25,317 bases of DNA from positions 1-25,317 of the forward strand of contig NW_021836093.1 in NCBI RefSeq assembly GCF_006345805.1, read 5' to 3'. This document shows, piece after piece, positions 1 through 10,056 of this stretch. The notes under the pieces are model-generated. The model did no database searches. It was given only the letters and a program-made list of their open reading frames with translations, and had not been told where the DNA came from. Every line of letters begins with the position of its first letter. Position 1 is the first letter of the stretch. Source of the stretch: Octopus sinensis. Its lineage: Eukaryota. A program made the position numbers and the translations under genes.

Positions 1-449
1 CACGTACGTATTCATATGTGTGTGTGAGTACATGCATACGTGCATGTGTTGTTATGTATATGAATGTGTAATTTCTTATCTACGTACCAATGTGTGGTAA
101 GCTTGTATATGTATGTGTGGTGTGGATGAAAAATGTGCTTCAGCATCGGGAACTATAAGTCACATGACTGTTGAGATGAAGATGGCGAGAATTGAAAGTA
201 GCGATGTCCACAGGGACAAAATAACAAGAAAAGATAGAAAAATCTAAAAAAAAAAAACACCCCTGAGCAGCAGGAAAAAAACAAAAAGACAAGTATTTGC
301 TTGTGATTTTTTTTTTATTTTCATTAATTCCAATCACTTTAACTGATTGGAATTATTTGAACCATTAATGTTATATTTGGCCTCAAGCAATGTTATTCTT
401 CGATATCCACACTACTAACAGATGTGAAATAATTTCCATTTCTATGGAA

Positions 450-532
450 TAAACTGCTTATTGTTGTTGTTGTTGTTGTTTGTTGTTTTTGTTGTTTTCG
501 TTATTGAGTTGTTGCTGTTGTTGTTGCTGTTA
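450..532. repeat. Imperfect (GTT)n microsatellite
   Basis: Directly visible run of ttg/gtt units with interruptions. Confidence 0.85.
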
Positions 533-1387
533 GTGTTTTGGTTGGGGAAGTGTTTACATTTCCTTGACCGCTTTAGCGCTGCATTTAATCTGTTCCTCTT
601 TGGTCCAAGGTGATTTATTTGACGTCAACAACACCTTTTAATCTATCACTTTTATTATATGAATGAGAAAATAACAGCGGTGAAAGTATGGGGCAAATGT
701 TACCAACTAAAAATATTTCGAATCTCAAATGCATTGCCATTTATTAAGAGCCCTCTAACTCTTAAAAGAGTAACAAAAGATGCAATATATTTATTTTATA
801 CAACAGCAAATTTCATATATATTTTTTCTACACTGTTTGTTCGAAATAAAATCATCATACGATTATAGAAAATATCCTGTCAGGGAAATATCTCAGTAGA
901 AAATGCAACAAGAAGAAATGAACTTGTTTTGGAATAGGAGCTGCCTTTATATGTATGCGATTGTGTGTATGTATACACATACACACACACACACATACAC
1001 ACATAACACACACGCTTACACATACACGCTTACACACACATATCACAAACATACATGCATATATACATATATATGCACACATATACATACAGGCAAATTT
1101 AATAGAGGTCAGAAAAATAACGGAGGGTACTAATTAGAACCACTTATGCTAAATATTATTATGTATCTACACACATTATATATATACACACACACACACA
1201 AACACACAGATTATACAAAATTCAAATGGCTGAAGACTAGCATCACACTTGAAACACAAGAGTAACAACGAATTTAAATCAAACTGTTTGACCCATACAC
1301 ACACACACATGCATACACGCACGCGCGCACACCACACATAATCTATATATAACAATGGCTAGAATAGATGTAATTCGCGATTTTGCT

Positions 1388-1391
1388 ATAT

Positions 1392-1440
<49 letters not shown>
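1388..1440. repeat. (TA)n microsatellite
   Basis: Directly visible. Confidence 0.95.
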
Positions 1441-1442
<2 letters not shown>

Positions 1443-2829
1443 GACACTTTTGAAAATCTGATGGTGAAAGGATAAAATATGTGTTCCTATATTTTAAAAC
1501 ATAATTAAAAAATTCTAATTAATTCTAATTAATTCTCTGTGCATTTTCAACTTAATCTCCTTTATTCCTCCACTCTTTCGAAATTAATACAATTTTATAT
1601 GTGTGAATGTGTGTGTGCGTATACACACATACACATACACACGCATACACACACATTATTGATTATATTGCATTATTTTATTCTATGTATTATAGATATT
1701 ATAACTGGCACATACTTAAAGTATGTCTTTTGTTATTCGCCGCCGTTCGCTGCATAAAGCGGCCTGAAAAACAGCTCCCTTATTGCACTTGAAACACCAC
1801 AATGTTGATATCGTGCTTCATGCGCTCCACCGCAGCAAACCGGGGAACAGACAAATCACATACATAAGTATGTGCAGTCGATAATGTTGTGCGTGTGTTT
1901 ATGTGATTGTGCGTGAAAACCGGATGAAAAGTACTCTGCATTTATCAAGTGATTCTGAGTTGTCCCGAGGACGTTTCTTCGGGCGACAATGTTTCAGCAT
2001 CACCGATATAAAAAAAAACGCACACGCATACATAGTACTGACACAAGCAGATGCCGAATATTTCTATCAGTCCAATATTCACATAGTATTATTTAAAGCG
2101 TCGTATGTCCTTCCAGGTCCAATTCAACGTATGTATCTATACATACACATATAAAAGGCTACCGATTTTGCCATTCACCGTCCTAATCTTTGCTAATATT
2201 TTGGCAGAATCGTTAGAGAGTCGGAGAAAATGCTTTGCCGTGTTTACTTAAGTCCCTGCAATTTATGGATTAAAATCCCACTGAGATCAACGTTTATCAT
2301 GCTTCGAGAGTCGCTAACATAAGTACCAATTAAATCGATATAATTGATTAAACCCATCCCAAAACATATTGTGGTCATGTGCCGATGCTGTGAACCAATA
2401 TTTGGAAGAATCAATACGACATCGGACCAAGTATTTTTATTACTGTGTTTTCATTTCAGACTCAGCACCGTAGAATTCTGTCACCCAACTGAGGTACACA
2501 GTAAGGTTCGTGCTAAATATCATTATTAAATTCAAAAGTAGGTAAATGGTAAAAGGTGTGTAATTGATTGATCGATATTGTTAACTCATTAAAACTGTTT
2601 AAAGCGATTCAAAATACACAGAACAATCCTGAGATAGAAATAATAATAAAATTGTAATAAAAGTAGGTCAGATATATTTCTCAACTTATCAAAGAACCAG
2701 GGGAGGGGGGAAACGGTCTTTGAACAATGGAGCTAAAAACCTACCGAGCACGATGTTTAATATATTCAAAATATTTACACAATACAATTGGTTTACAAAA
2801 CACTCACGCACAAAACCACTCACTCATAA

Positions 2830-2845
2830 ACGCGCGCGTGTATGT

Positions 2846-2892
<47 letters not shown>
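2830..2892. repeat. (CG)n-(TG)-(CG)n-(CA)n alternating purine-pyrimidine tract
   Basis: cgcgcgcgtgtatgtacgcgcgcg followed by (CA)n; directly visible. Confidence 0.9.
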
Positions 2893-2895
<3 letters not shown>

Positions 2896-2964
2896 CAAAA
2901 CACATGCATATGTGTGTGTACTTCGTTTTGCTGACTGCACATTTTTCTGAAATAACTTAAGATA

Positions 2965-3026
2965 TGATTTTGATTTTGATTTTTCCAGTTTCAGCTCATG
3001 AGCTGTGGCCATGCTGGGGCACCGCC
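2965..3026 (-). mobile_element. Short 3'-terminal stub related to the SINE family A 3' end, with (ATCAAA)n tail
   Basis: Minus strand reads ggcggtgccccagcatggccacagctcatgagctgaaac, then atcaaa repeats. It resembles the 3' end ggcggtgctccagcatggccgcagtcaaatgactgaaac of the family A copy at 3745-4155. Confidence 0.6.
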
Positions 3027-3744
3027 ATATATATCACTATTCTGAAAAACGTCGCAAATGTTCAACACCAAAAGAGCAAAAGCAACATCTATCTATGGTA
3101 ACTTGGTTCTTAATTTTTTTAATTTTGTGGAGAATTAGTGTGATTGAAATATTCAGTAAACACACACATATGTTTACATATATATACACACATAAATATG
3201 CATACATACATCCGCGCGCACATATACAGAGGCATCGTTAGATATAGAAATATATATACATTATCGTCTGTCTGGATGTTATGTTGTCCAATTTGGATCA
3301 TCCTGACTGGATGTTTTGCGTTCTTGTCCCAATTTTGTATTTTTTATATATGAAAATATAGCGGTGTACGAACACATTGGTCTCTTATATGTAAGTGTGT
3401 GTGTGTATCATTGTTATTATGTTAAACTGTCGTATGTCCAAATTTGACCAAATGCTTTTTTGTTTCAATATTTATTTTTGCGTCAAATTCCGATTCCAAG
3501 ATAACAAAAGTTGTCAAAGCGTAGTACATTCTTTGGTATGGAATGTGTGAAACTATATTTTTGTTTTTCTGAAAAGCAGCGTTTTGGATTTACACTTTTA
3601 CCTAATAGCAACAATATATTATTATATATATATAATATATATATATATATAATATATAAGAGAGAGAGAGAGAGAGACATACAGAGACAGAGAGAGATGT
3701 ATGGACATGCACATGTAAACGTCTGTCTTTTATGTCTTTTTGTC

Positions 3745-4155
3745 GTTTATTTGTTTCAGTCATTTGACTGCGGCCATGCTGGAGCACCGCCTTTAGTCGA
3801 GAAAATCGATCCCAGGAATTATTCTTTGTAAGCCTAGTACTTATTCTATCGATCTCTCTTGCCGAACCGCTAAGTGACCGTGACGTAAACACACCAGCAT
3901 TGATTGTCAAGCGATGTTGGGGGGACAGACACAGACACACAAACATATACATACATACATACATATATATATATACGACGGGCTTCTTTCAGTTTCCGTC
4001 TACCAAATCCACTCACAAGGCTTTGGTCGGCCCGAGGCTCTAGTAGAAGACACTTGCCCAAGGTGCCCACAGTAGGACACTTGCCCACAGTAGGACTGAA
4101 CCCGAAACCATGTGGTTGGTAAACAAGCTACTTACCACACAGCCACTCCTACGCC
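3745..4155 (-). mobile_element. Near full-length tRNA-derived SINE family A (CORE-like domain, internal TA/TG microsatellite)
   Basis: Minus strand: A-box-like TGGCTGTGTGG, B-box-like GGTTCAGTCC, then caccttgggcaagtgtcttc (resembles the MIR/CORE accttgggcaagt motif), a microsatellite and a conserved 3' half. Homologous copies occur at 12436, 14185 and 20976. Confidence 0.9.
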
Positions 4156-4211
4156 TATATAAATACATAATATATAGAAACATACCGATGCATACATACA
4201 CACACACATTT

Positions 4212-4910
4212 TGCCAACGGAATGTTGGTCGATCATGGCTTAGATATAAGGAGAAGTTGAATAACTTCATAGAGTTGAAGATAGCTCACAACACCTTTGA
4301 GCGAACAGCCTTGGAACGAACAAAATGGAGATCGTTGTGTCAAAATTATATTAAAAACTTTGTTGCAACCAGCATTAACAGGCTTCGGGGTGCAAGGCAA
4401 AGGAGAAAAGTGGCTGCAAACATACCACCTGCACTGACCTGTAATCTTCATACTTGCAATAAAGAAGAAGACTCCGCCGGTTACGACGACGAGGGTCCCA
4501 GCTGATACGATCAACAGAACAGCTTGCTCGTGAAATTAACGTGCAAATGGCTGAGCATTCCACAGACACGTGTACCCTTAACGTAGTTCTCGGGGATAAT
4601 CAGCGTGACACAGAGAGTGACAAGGCTGACCCTTTGAAATACAAGTACAACTCATTTTTGCCAGCTGAGTGGACTGGAGCAACGTGAAATAAAGTGTCTT
4701 GCTCAAGGACACAACGCGTCGCCGGAATCGAACTCACAACCTTACGATCATGAGCCGAATGCCCTAACCACTAACGCACCCGCCCTCACATTACTTGCAT
4801 ATATGTGGCCTACTTCGCAAATCGTTGGCGGGACTTAAATGTCACCTTCGCCGTAAGCATTAAGGGTACGTTGTCGGAGCCACATACGTCGAAACTCTGA
4901 CAGGTGAGTC
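4212..4910 (+). mobile_element. 3' end of an RTE-like LINE (ORF C-terminus with C2H2 finger, stop, short 3'UTR), interrupted by a SINE
   Basis: Translation RNVGRSWLRYKEKL...FERTALERTKWRSLC...ARQRRK matches the RTE-clade C-terminal pattern (R-x-x-G-R-P-x-x-R-Y-K-D...A-x-D-R-x-x-W-R). After the SINE the frame resumes as ICGLLRKSLAGLKCHLRRKH* with TAA at 4861-4863. Confidence 0.8.
4459..4791 (-). mobile_element. Full-length tRNA-derived SINE family C with 8-bp TSD
   Basis: Minus strand: TTAGTGG A-box half and AGTTCGATTCC B-box, core ttgtgtccttgagcaagacacttt (V/Meta-domain-like; tentative), (TTC)n tail. Direct repeat TACTTGCA lies at 4451-4458 and 4792-4799. Confidence 0.9.
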
Positions 4911-4913
4911 CAT

Positions 4914-4929
4914 CATATATATATATATA

Positions 4930-4973
<44 letters not shown>

Positions 4974-4974
4974 A
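4914..4974. repeat. (TA)n microsatellite
   Basis: Directly visible; abuts the left arm of the inverted repeat. Confidence 0.95.
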
Positions 4975-5659
4975 TGTATTGAATGGTGAAGGTAAAAAAT
5001 ATTTTTACCGTAATTCGTAATACAAATAAGAAATGGAGAAACAAATTCATTTCGATCATCACTTACGGATATTACAATTTCACATTATTTATTAATTATA
5101 CAATGGGAGCGTCAAATCGAACAAGACAAAATACAATATAACATCAATATGTAATATAATAATAAAAATAATACAAATAAACTGCCCCTTACAGCTGTTT
5201 CAGCCTATGTTTATTTGTGTGCATGCATGTGGTAGTTTCAAGTATTATTTTTTATGTTATTTTCTTGTATATTAGATATTATATATGGACTTCAGTACAC
5301 ATTTGTATAGGTGATGTTTGTACTGGTCTGTACGTATGTAAGAATATATGTGCGTATATATCGTTGTATGTGTGTATGTATGTATGTATGTGTGTATATA
5401 TATGTATATTTGTATAAATATATAAACTTCTATATATAAATTTCTAATGTTTGCTTTTTGTATCTGTCTATCCTTGTTTAATAGTAGGTCATACCTATTG
5501 GGGTTAATTTTGGTAGCATTCGTATATTATGAGCAGAAATGGGATGTATGAATATGCGTGTTTAGATTAGTATGTTTGTATGAATTTTTGTTTGTGTTTG
5601 TATATGTGTCCGTTTAGGAGGATTGCATATTTGCTTGTATGTATATGTATGTATATATG

Positions 5660-5661
5660 TT

Positions 5662-5742
<81 letters not shown>

Positions 5743-5770
5743 GTGTGTGTGTGTATATATGTACATATAT
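5660..5770. repeat. (TA)n(TG)n compound microsatellite
   Basis: Directly visible. Confidence 0.95.
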
Positions 5771-5891
5771 GTGTACATGTGTTTTTATATTTTTATTGGC
5801 AGTACATGATGGTTTTCTCATCCACTTTCATGTATGTAAGATTGTGTATATGGGAATGGATGCAAAAATATATTTATATGTATTCCATTAA

Positions 5892-6262
5892 ATGCGAGTT
5901 TGCCTTGTCCATTATGTACTTTTTTGTGGAAGTATGCATTACGTATATATGTATATGCTATTCAAAAGGGTTAAATAAGTTAGTTAATATAGCTGGTTTT
6001 GTTTATGTAATGAGTAAATAAATGTAAGTTTACGATGTCCATCGTATACTTTTTGGTTTAAATTTGCATATATGTGCATGTATGTATAAATGCATGTCGT
6101 AAGTATAAAATAATATAGTGGACATAGCTGTTTATGTTTACGCATTGCATAATTATATGTAAGCTTGCGTTGTCCATCGTTTACTTTTTGGTTTTAGTAT
6201 ACTTTGATGTGTATATATGTATAAATGCAAGTCGTATATGTAAAATAAGATAATAGATATAA
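5892..6262 (+). repeat. Diverged tandem repeat, ~130-135 bp period, 3 copies
   Basis: The motif atg(t/c)(a/g)ag(t/c)tt(a/g)c...tgtccat...tactttt recurs at 5892, 6022 and 6157. Confidence 0.75.
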
Positions 6263-6563
6263 TTATTATTTTTTCATTTTTTGTTTACTTAACGCGTAAC
6301 CCTATAGGTAAGTATCATTCACTTCCTAGGTATAAATCACTTCTTATGTATAAATACGACCGTAAATATAGGTGTCTGTTGTTTGTAAATACCTATCCAA
6401 GTCTTAACATATAAATGAATGTACTTTTAGTCAACATTTTATTCAGTTTAGATAAACTATTATGACTTATCTAACTAACTTTCTGACCCCATATTCTTTT
6501 AAAACAGGCCTAGCGGATGCGTTTAAATGAATTAGCAAATTGGAAATAGATCAGGAATTTACG

Positions 6564-6692
6564 TGACCGCTCCCTAAACCCTAATATATTTTTAAATATT
6601 TAATATGCATATGTTAAATAGCCAATAATTTAAATGACTGCTCCCTAACCCCCAATATAATTTCAAATATCTTTAAATATTTAATATGCATG
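6564..6692 (+). repeat. Diverged tandem duplication, ~71 bp period
   Basis: tgac(c/t)gctccctaa...aatat...taaatatttaatatgcat starts at 6564 and at 6635. Confidence 0.8.
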
Positions 6693-7004
6693 CATTAACG
6701 CAAACCTCGGACTAAATTAAAATCGACATGGAGTTTAAGTTACTACTATGTTTTTTAAAATTAAATTTATTTGATTATGTGGATGTATTAATTTTAATAT
6801 CCGTATAACATGAATGTAAACATCGTGAAATCATATATGCATATAACAGAGACTTATATTTTGTGGAACTGACCCTTCCTGGACATATAATTCGGATTGA
6901 ATGTTTTGGATGCTAGAATTAAATTTGTTCGTGTTACGTAATATTTAGATTATGTTTGTATGATTAATATATTCATACGCAAATATTTTGTTTGTGCATA
7001 TGTG

Positions 7005-7067
<63 letters not shown>

Positions 7068-7477
7068 ATATCCATACTTCGTACCTTGTTTCATGAATTT
7101 CTGTTATGTTGTTTAGTATTATCGTTAAAACAACAATATTGTTGGTACTGTTAAAAGGAGTAGTATATATGAATTAGAATGCATTTACTTGACTATACGA
7201 AGCATGATATACCCAATGTAATGTAATATATCGTTCAATGTTGTTACTTATGTATTTTGCACAATGTGATTATTATGTACGATTTGCCTATGTATGTATA
7301 TGTATGTATAATTGTATATTTTTATATGTATGTAGATATATATTATATAAATATATATATATATATATTGTATTTTGAATATTTGTCTTATTATATATTT
7401 ATTTGTTTATATTGGATAATAACTGAAGCATGTTTTATGTATCAATATTAGTATTATACTTTTTCTAGTTATTTATA

Positions 7478-7609
7478 TCCTCTGGCGAGGCCTTTGGTTA
7501 CTTAAACATACAAGTATAATTTTTAATGCCTAGAACTATATTATACTGGCATCTATAGGCAATATAAGTTGAACTGACTCTTGACCATAGGCTGAAACAG
7601 CTGTAAGGA
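7478..7609 (+). ncRNA. Type I hammerhead ribozyme fold (PLE-associated), extended stem II, core variant A6G
   Basis: Stem I TCCT (7478-81)/AGGA (7606-09); core CTGGCGA (7482-88; consensus CUGANGA); stem II 7489-7500/7582-7593 with 11 of 12 positions paired; GAAA (7594-97); palindromic ACAGCTGT stem III; GUA cleavage triplet (7603-05). Confidence 0.75.
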
Positions 7610-8082
7610 GCAGTTTATTTGTATTATTTTTATTATTATATTACATATTGATGTATATTGTATATTGTCTTGTTCGATTTTGATGCTCCCATTGTATAAT
7701 TAATAAATAATGTGAAATTGTATATCCGTAAGTTGATGATCGAAATGATTTGTTTCTCCCTTTTCTTATTTGTATAACGAATTTACGTAAAAATATTTTT
7801 TACCTTCACCCATTCAATACAATGAATTAATTAATTGCATTGCAATTAAAGCATTTATGTATTTAGTATTTGGGTACTTACCGGCAGTATATGGAAAAAA
7901 ATAATATCCCCATAGTGGGTTACTTTCATAACCCCTATTTTACTATTTGTAGTATATATAATATATATATATATAAAATATATATATATATATATAAATT
8001 ATAAATGAAATATATGCATACATACATATATGTACGTACCTACATCTATATGTATATATACATGCATGTATAAATATATATA

Positions 8083-8770
8083 TGTGAGTACAGGACACCC
8101 ACAAATAGACGTCAACTCAACGAGAAACGAAAACGTAAAAACAAACATGGAAATGGACTTTATTTAAAAACGAAAAAACAGAGTACAAGACAAACAATAC
8201 AAGGAAATTTCCCTTCACCAGCTGTCCCTAGTTCGACTCCATGCGTGTTTCGAAGGTAAGGAGTGAACACCACTCGTCGAACAGCCCTTCCTGCGAAAGA
8301 ATTAATAAAATTCTTTTGCAGAGGAGTAAAAACAAGGAAAGAAAAAATGTGACAAAAACAGGACGTAAAAACAATACAAATAAAAAAACAATACAAATAA
8401 AATAACAAATGCAAAAAATACAGTACAAGTAAAGAATAAAACAGACAAGGAAACAAACATTGAGGGCCTTTTTTAGCCTAAACGATGGAAAAATTCAAGA
8501 GCGCAGGAAAAAAGCATGTTCACTTGTAGGAGGCCGCCAGCGAAAGGAAGTGGTCGACTCGGCTGTGTGAGAGATGAGGAGGAGTGAGAGAGAGAGAGAT
8601 AGAGAGGAAAGGAAACCAGAAATGGAGTCGATCTAGGGACAGCTGATGAAGGGGAATTTTCTTTGTATTGTTTGTTTTTTCGTTTTTAAATAAAGTCCGT
8701 TTCCATGTTTGTTTTTACGTTTTCGTTTCTCGTTGAGTTCCACGTCTATTTGTGGTGTCCTGTACTCACA
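8083..8770. mobile_element. Second PLE-like remnant with ~150-160-bp inverted arms, both ends in (TA)n
   Basis: 8083-8242 and 8622-8770 are reverse complements (right arm has a ~12-nt deletion). Both outer ends run directly into TA repeats. The PLE assignment is inferred from architecture. Confidence 0.6.
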
Positions 8771-8940
8771 TATATATATTTATATATGCTTGTATATATA
8801 CATGTAGATGTAGGTACGTACATATATATATATGTATGTATGCCTATATTTATTTATTAATTTATTGCATGACTGAGCACCCTCGCGTCGTTTTTCGTTC
8901 TCTTTCTGTTCTCCAAGTAAGTTTTTATTATATATATATA

Positions 8941-9026
8941 CGCTTTTTCACTTCCCGAGCGTTATACTAATACATCTGCTTGTTGTCTACACTACCTGTC
9001 TTCGTCTTTTGTCTTTGGGAATTTTC

Positions 9027-9030
<4 letters not shown>
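8941..9030 (+). mobile_element. Terminal fragment of the same pLTR family as the 3' end of the PLE at 21163-21245
   Basis: cttcccgagcgtta(t/a)actaat(a/g)ca(t/c)ctg(c/t)ttgttgt...cct(g/a)tcttcgtcttttgt aligns with the reverse complement of 21163-21245 and ends in (TA)n. Confidence 0.75.
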
Positions 9031-9098
<68 letters not shown>

Positions 9099-9250
9099 TA
9101 GATATATATATATTATGTATATAATATATATATATATGTGTGTGTGGTGTATATATATATATATATATATGTGTTGTGTGTGTATGTATATATAAATATA
9201 TGCATATATTATACAATATGTACATGCCTACATATATATGTATATATACA
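9030..9250. repeat. (TA)n/(TG)n microsatellite tract
   Basis: Directly visible. Confidence 0.95.
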
Positions 9251-9254
9251 TGCA

Positions 9255-9560
9255 TATATGGGTATAAAGACATCAAAATAAACGTCAACAAAACGAGAAA
9301 CGAGAACAACAAAACAAAACATAGAAAACGAACATTTGTTTCGAACAACGAATGAAACAAATAAACAAACGAGGCAGGCAACATAAAGAACATTCCCTTC
9401 ATCAGTTGTCCCCTGTTTTATCTACTCCGCGTTTCGAAGGTAGGGACAAGACTCGACAGTCCTTCCCGAAAAGCAAATTAAGTAACATTTGGGATATTTT
9501 GCAGAGGGTTAAAGTGGTAACAAAAACAGGACAGTACGAACAAAACAGTACATTTTGCCA
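9255..9560 (-). mobile_element. Terminal-repeat remnant related to the 8083-8460 arm (different subfamily)
   Basis: Shares aacgtcaac...acgagaaacga, cccttcatcag(c/t)tgtccc, gtttcgaaggta(a/g)gga and ttttgcagagg blocks with 8105-8330. Confidence 0.65.
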
Positions 9561-10056
9561 ACGGTCCTTCAGCAACAACTCGCCTCTGATAAACTCAGTC
9601 CAGGCCACGACACAGTGGGAGAGTGTTCCTGAAGCCAGAAATTTGAACTTACTGAGGCATTATTTACTTATCGCCTAAGGAAACACAACTAGATCTCATA
9701 ATGCAAGCAGACGGTTGCACAATCAAGTACTTGTACGCCTGGAGAACTACGTTGTATAGAAACGATTGTAGTGATTGAAAATAAATGTCCAACCGTACTC
9801 CATTTTTTTTACTTCAAATATTTTCAGTTATCTATTCAAAAACGACAGACGCCCAAACGCAAACCTGGGTGTGCGTACAATACTTCTACTGAATAGCACA
9901 GGATGAAATTTAAAGGGGGACGCACTTTATACTGTACTCTACTACGTTCTTAACAGAATAAACCATAACTATATATATATATATACAAATATATAAGTAT
10001 ATATAATCCAATAGTATTAACACCTAGCAGTGATGAGGGTTAAACAAGTTTCAATT

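Larger units (their letters stand above)
4975..7821 (+). mobile_element. Penelope-like element remnant bounded by ~235-bp inverted repeats (pLTR plus inverted partial copy), non-coding AT-rich body
   Basis: 4975-5209 is the reverse complement of 7586-7821 with scattered mismatches and indels. The right arm overlaps a hammerhead fold. An inverted partial terminal repeat plus a hammerhead is a known PLE arrangement. I found no recognisable ORF in the body. Confidence 0.7.

Noticed and set aside
113-247. Short plus-strand ORF MCGVDEKCASASGTISHMTVEMKMARIESSDVHRDKITRKDRKI*
   Set aside because: 44 aa, starts within TG-rich low-complexity sequence, has no recognisable homology and no convincing acceptor.
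1782-1792. TATTGCACTTG, identical to the 5' end of miR-92 family miRNAs
   Set aside because: The match stops after 11 nt and there is no precursor hairpin.
4110-4505. 131-aa ORF as a host gene
   Set aside because: It is a chimera of SINE A antisense, microsatellite, RTE-like LINE C-terminus and SINE C tail.
6570-6583. CCCTAAACCCTAA resembling telomeric (CCCTAA)n, which some PLEs target
   Set aside because: Only two imperfect units, internal to a tandem duplication and not at an element terminus.
4975-7821. DNA transposon or MITE interpretation of the 235-bp inverted arms
   Set aside because: No TSD and no recognisable TIR start. The arm breaks within a hammerhead stem, which fits an inverted PLE terminal repeat better.
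8200-9480. CTGATGA motifs (8643-49 plus; 9393-99 minus) with GAAA upstream, as type II hammerheads
   Set aside because: I could not build consistent stems I and III or place an NUH site in any of the three related copies.
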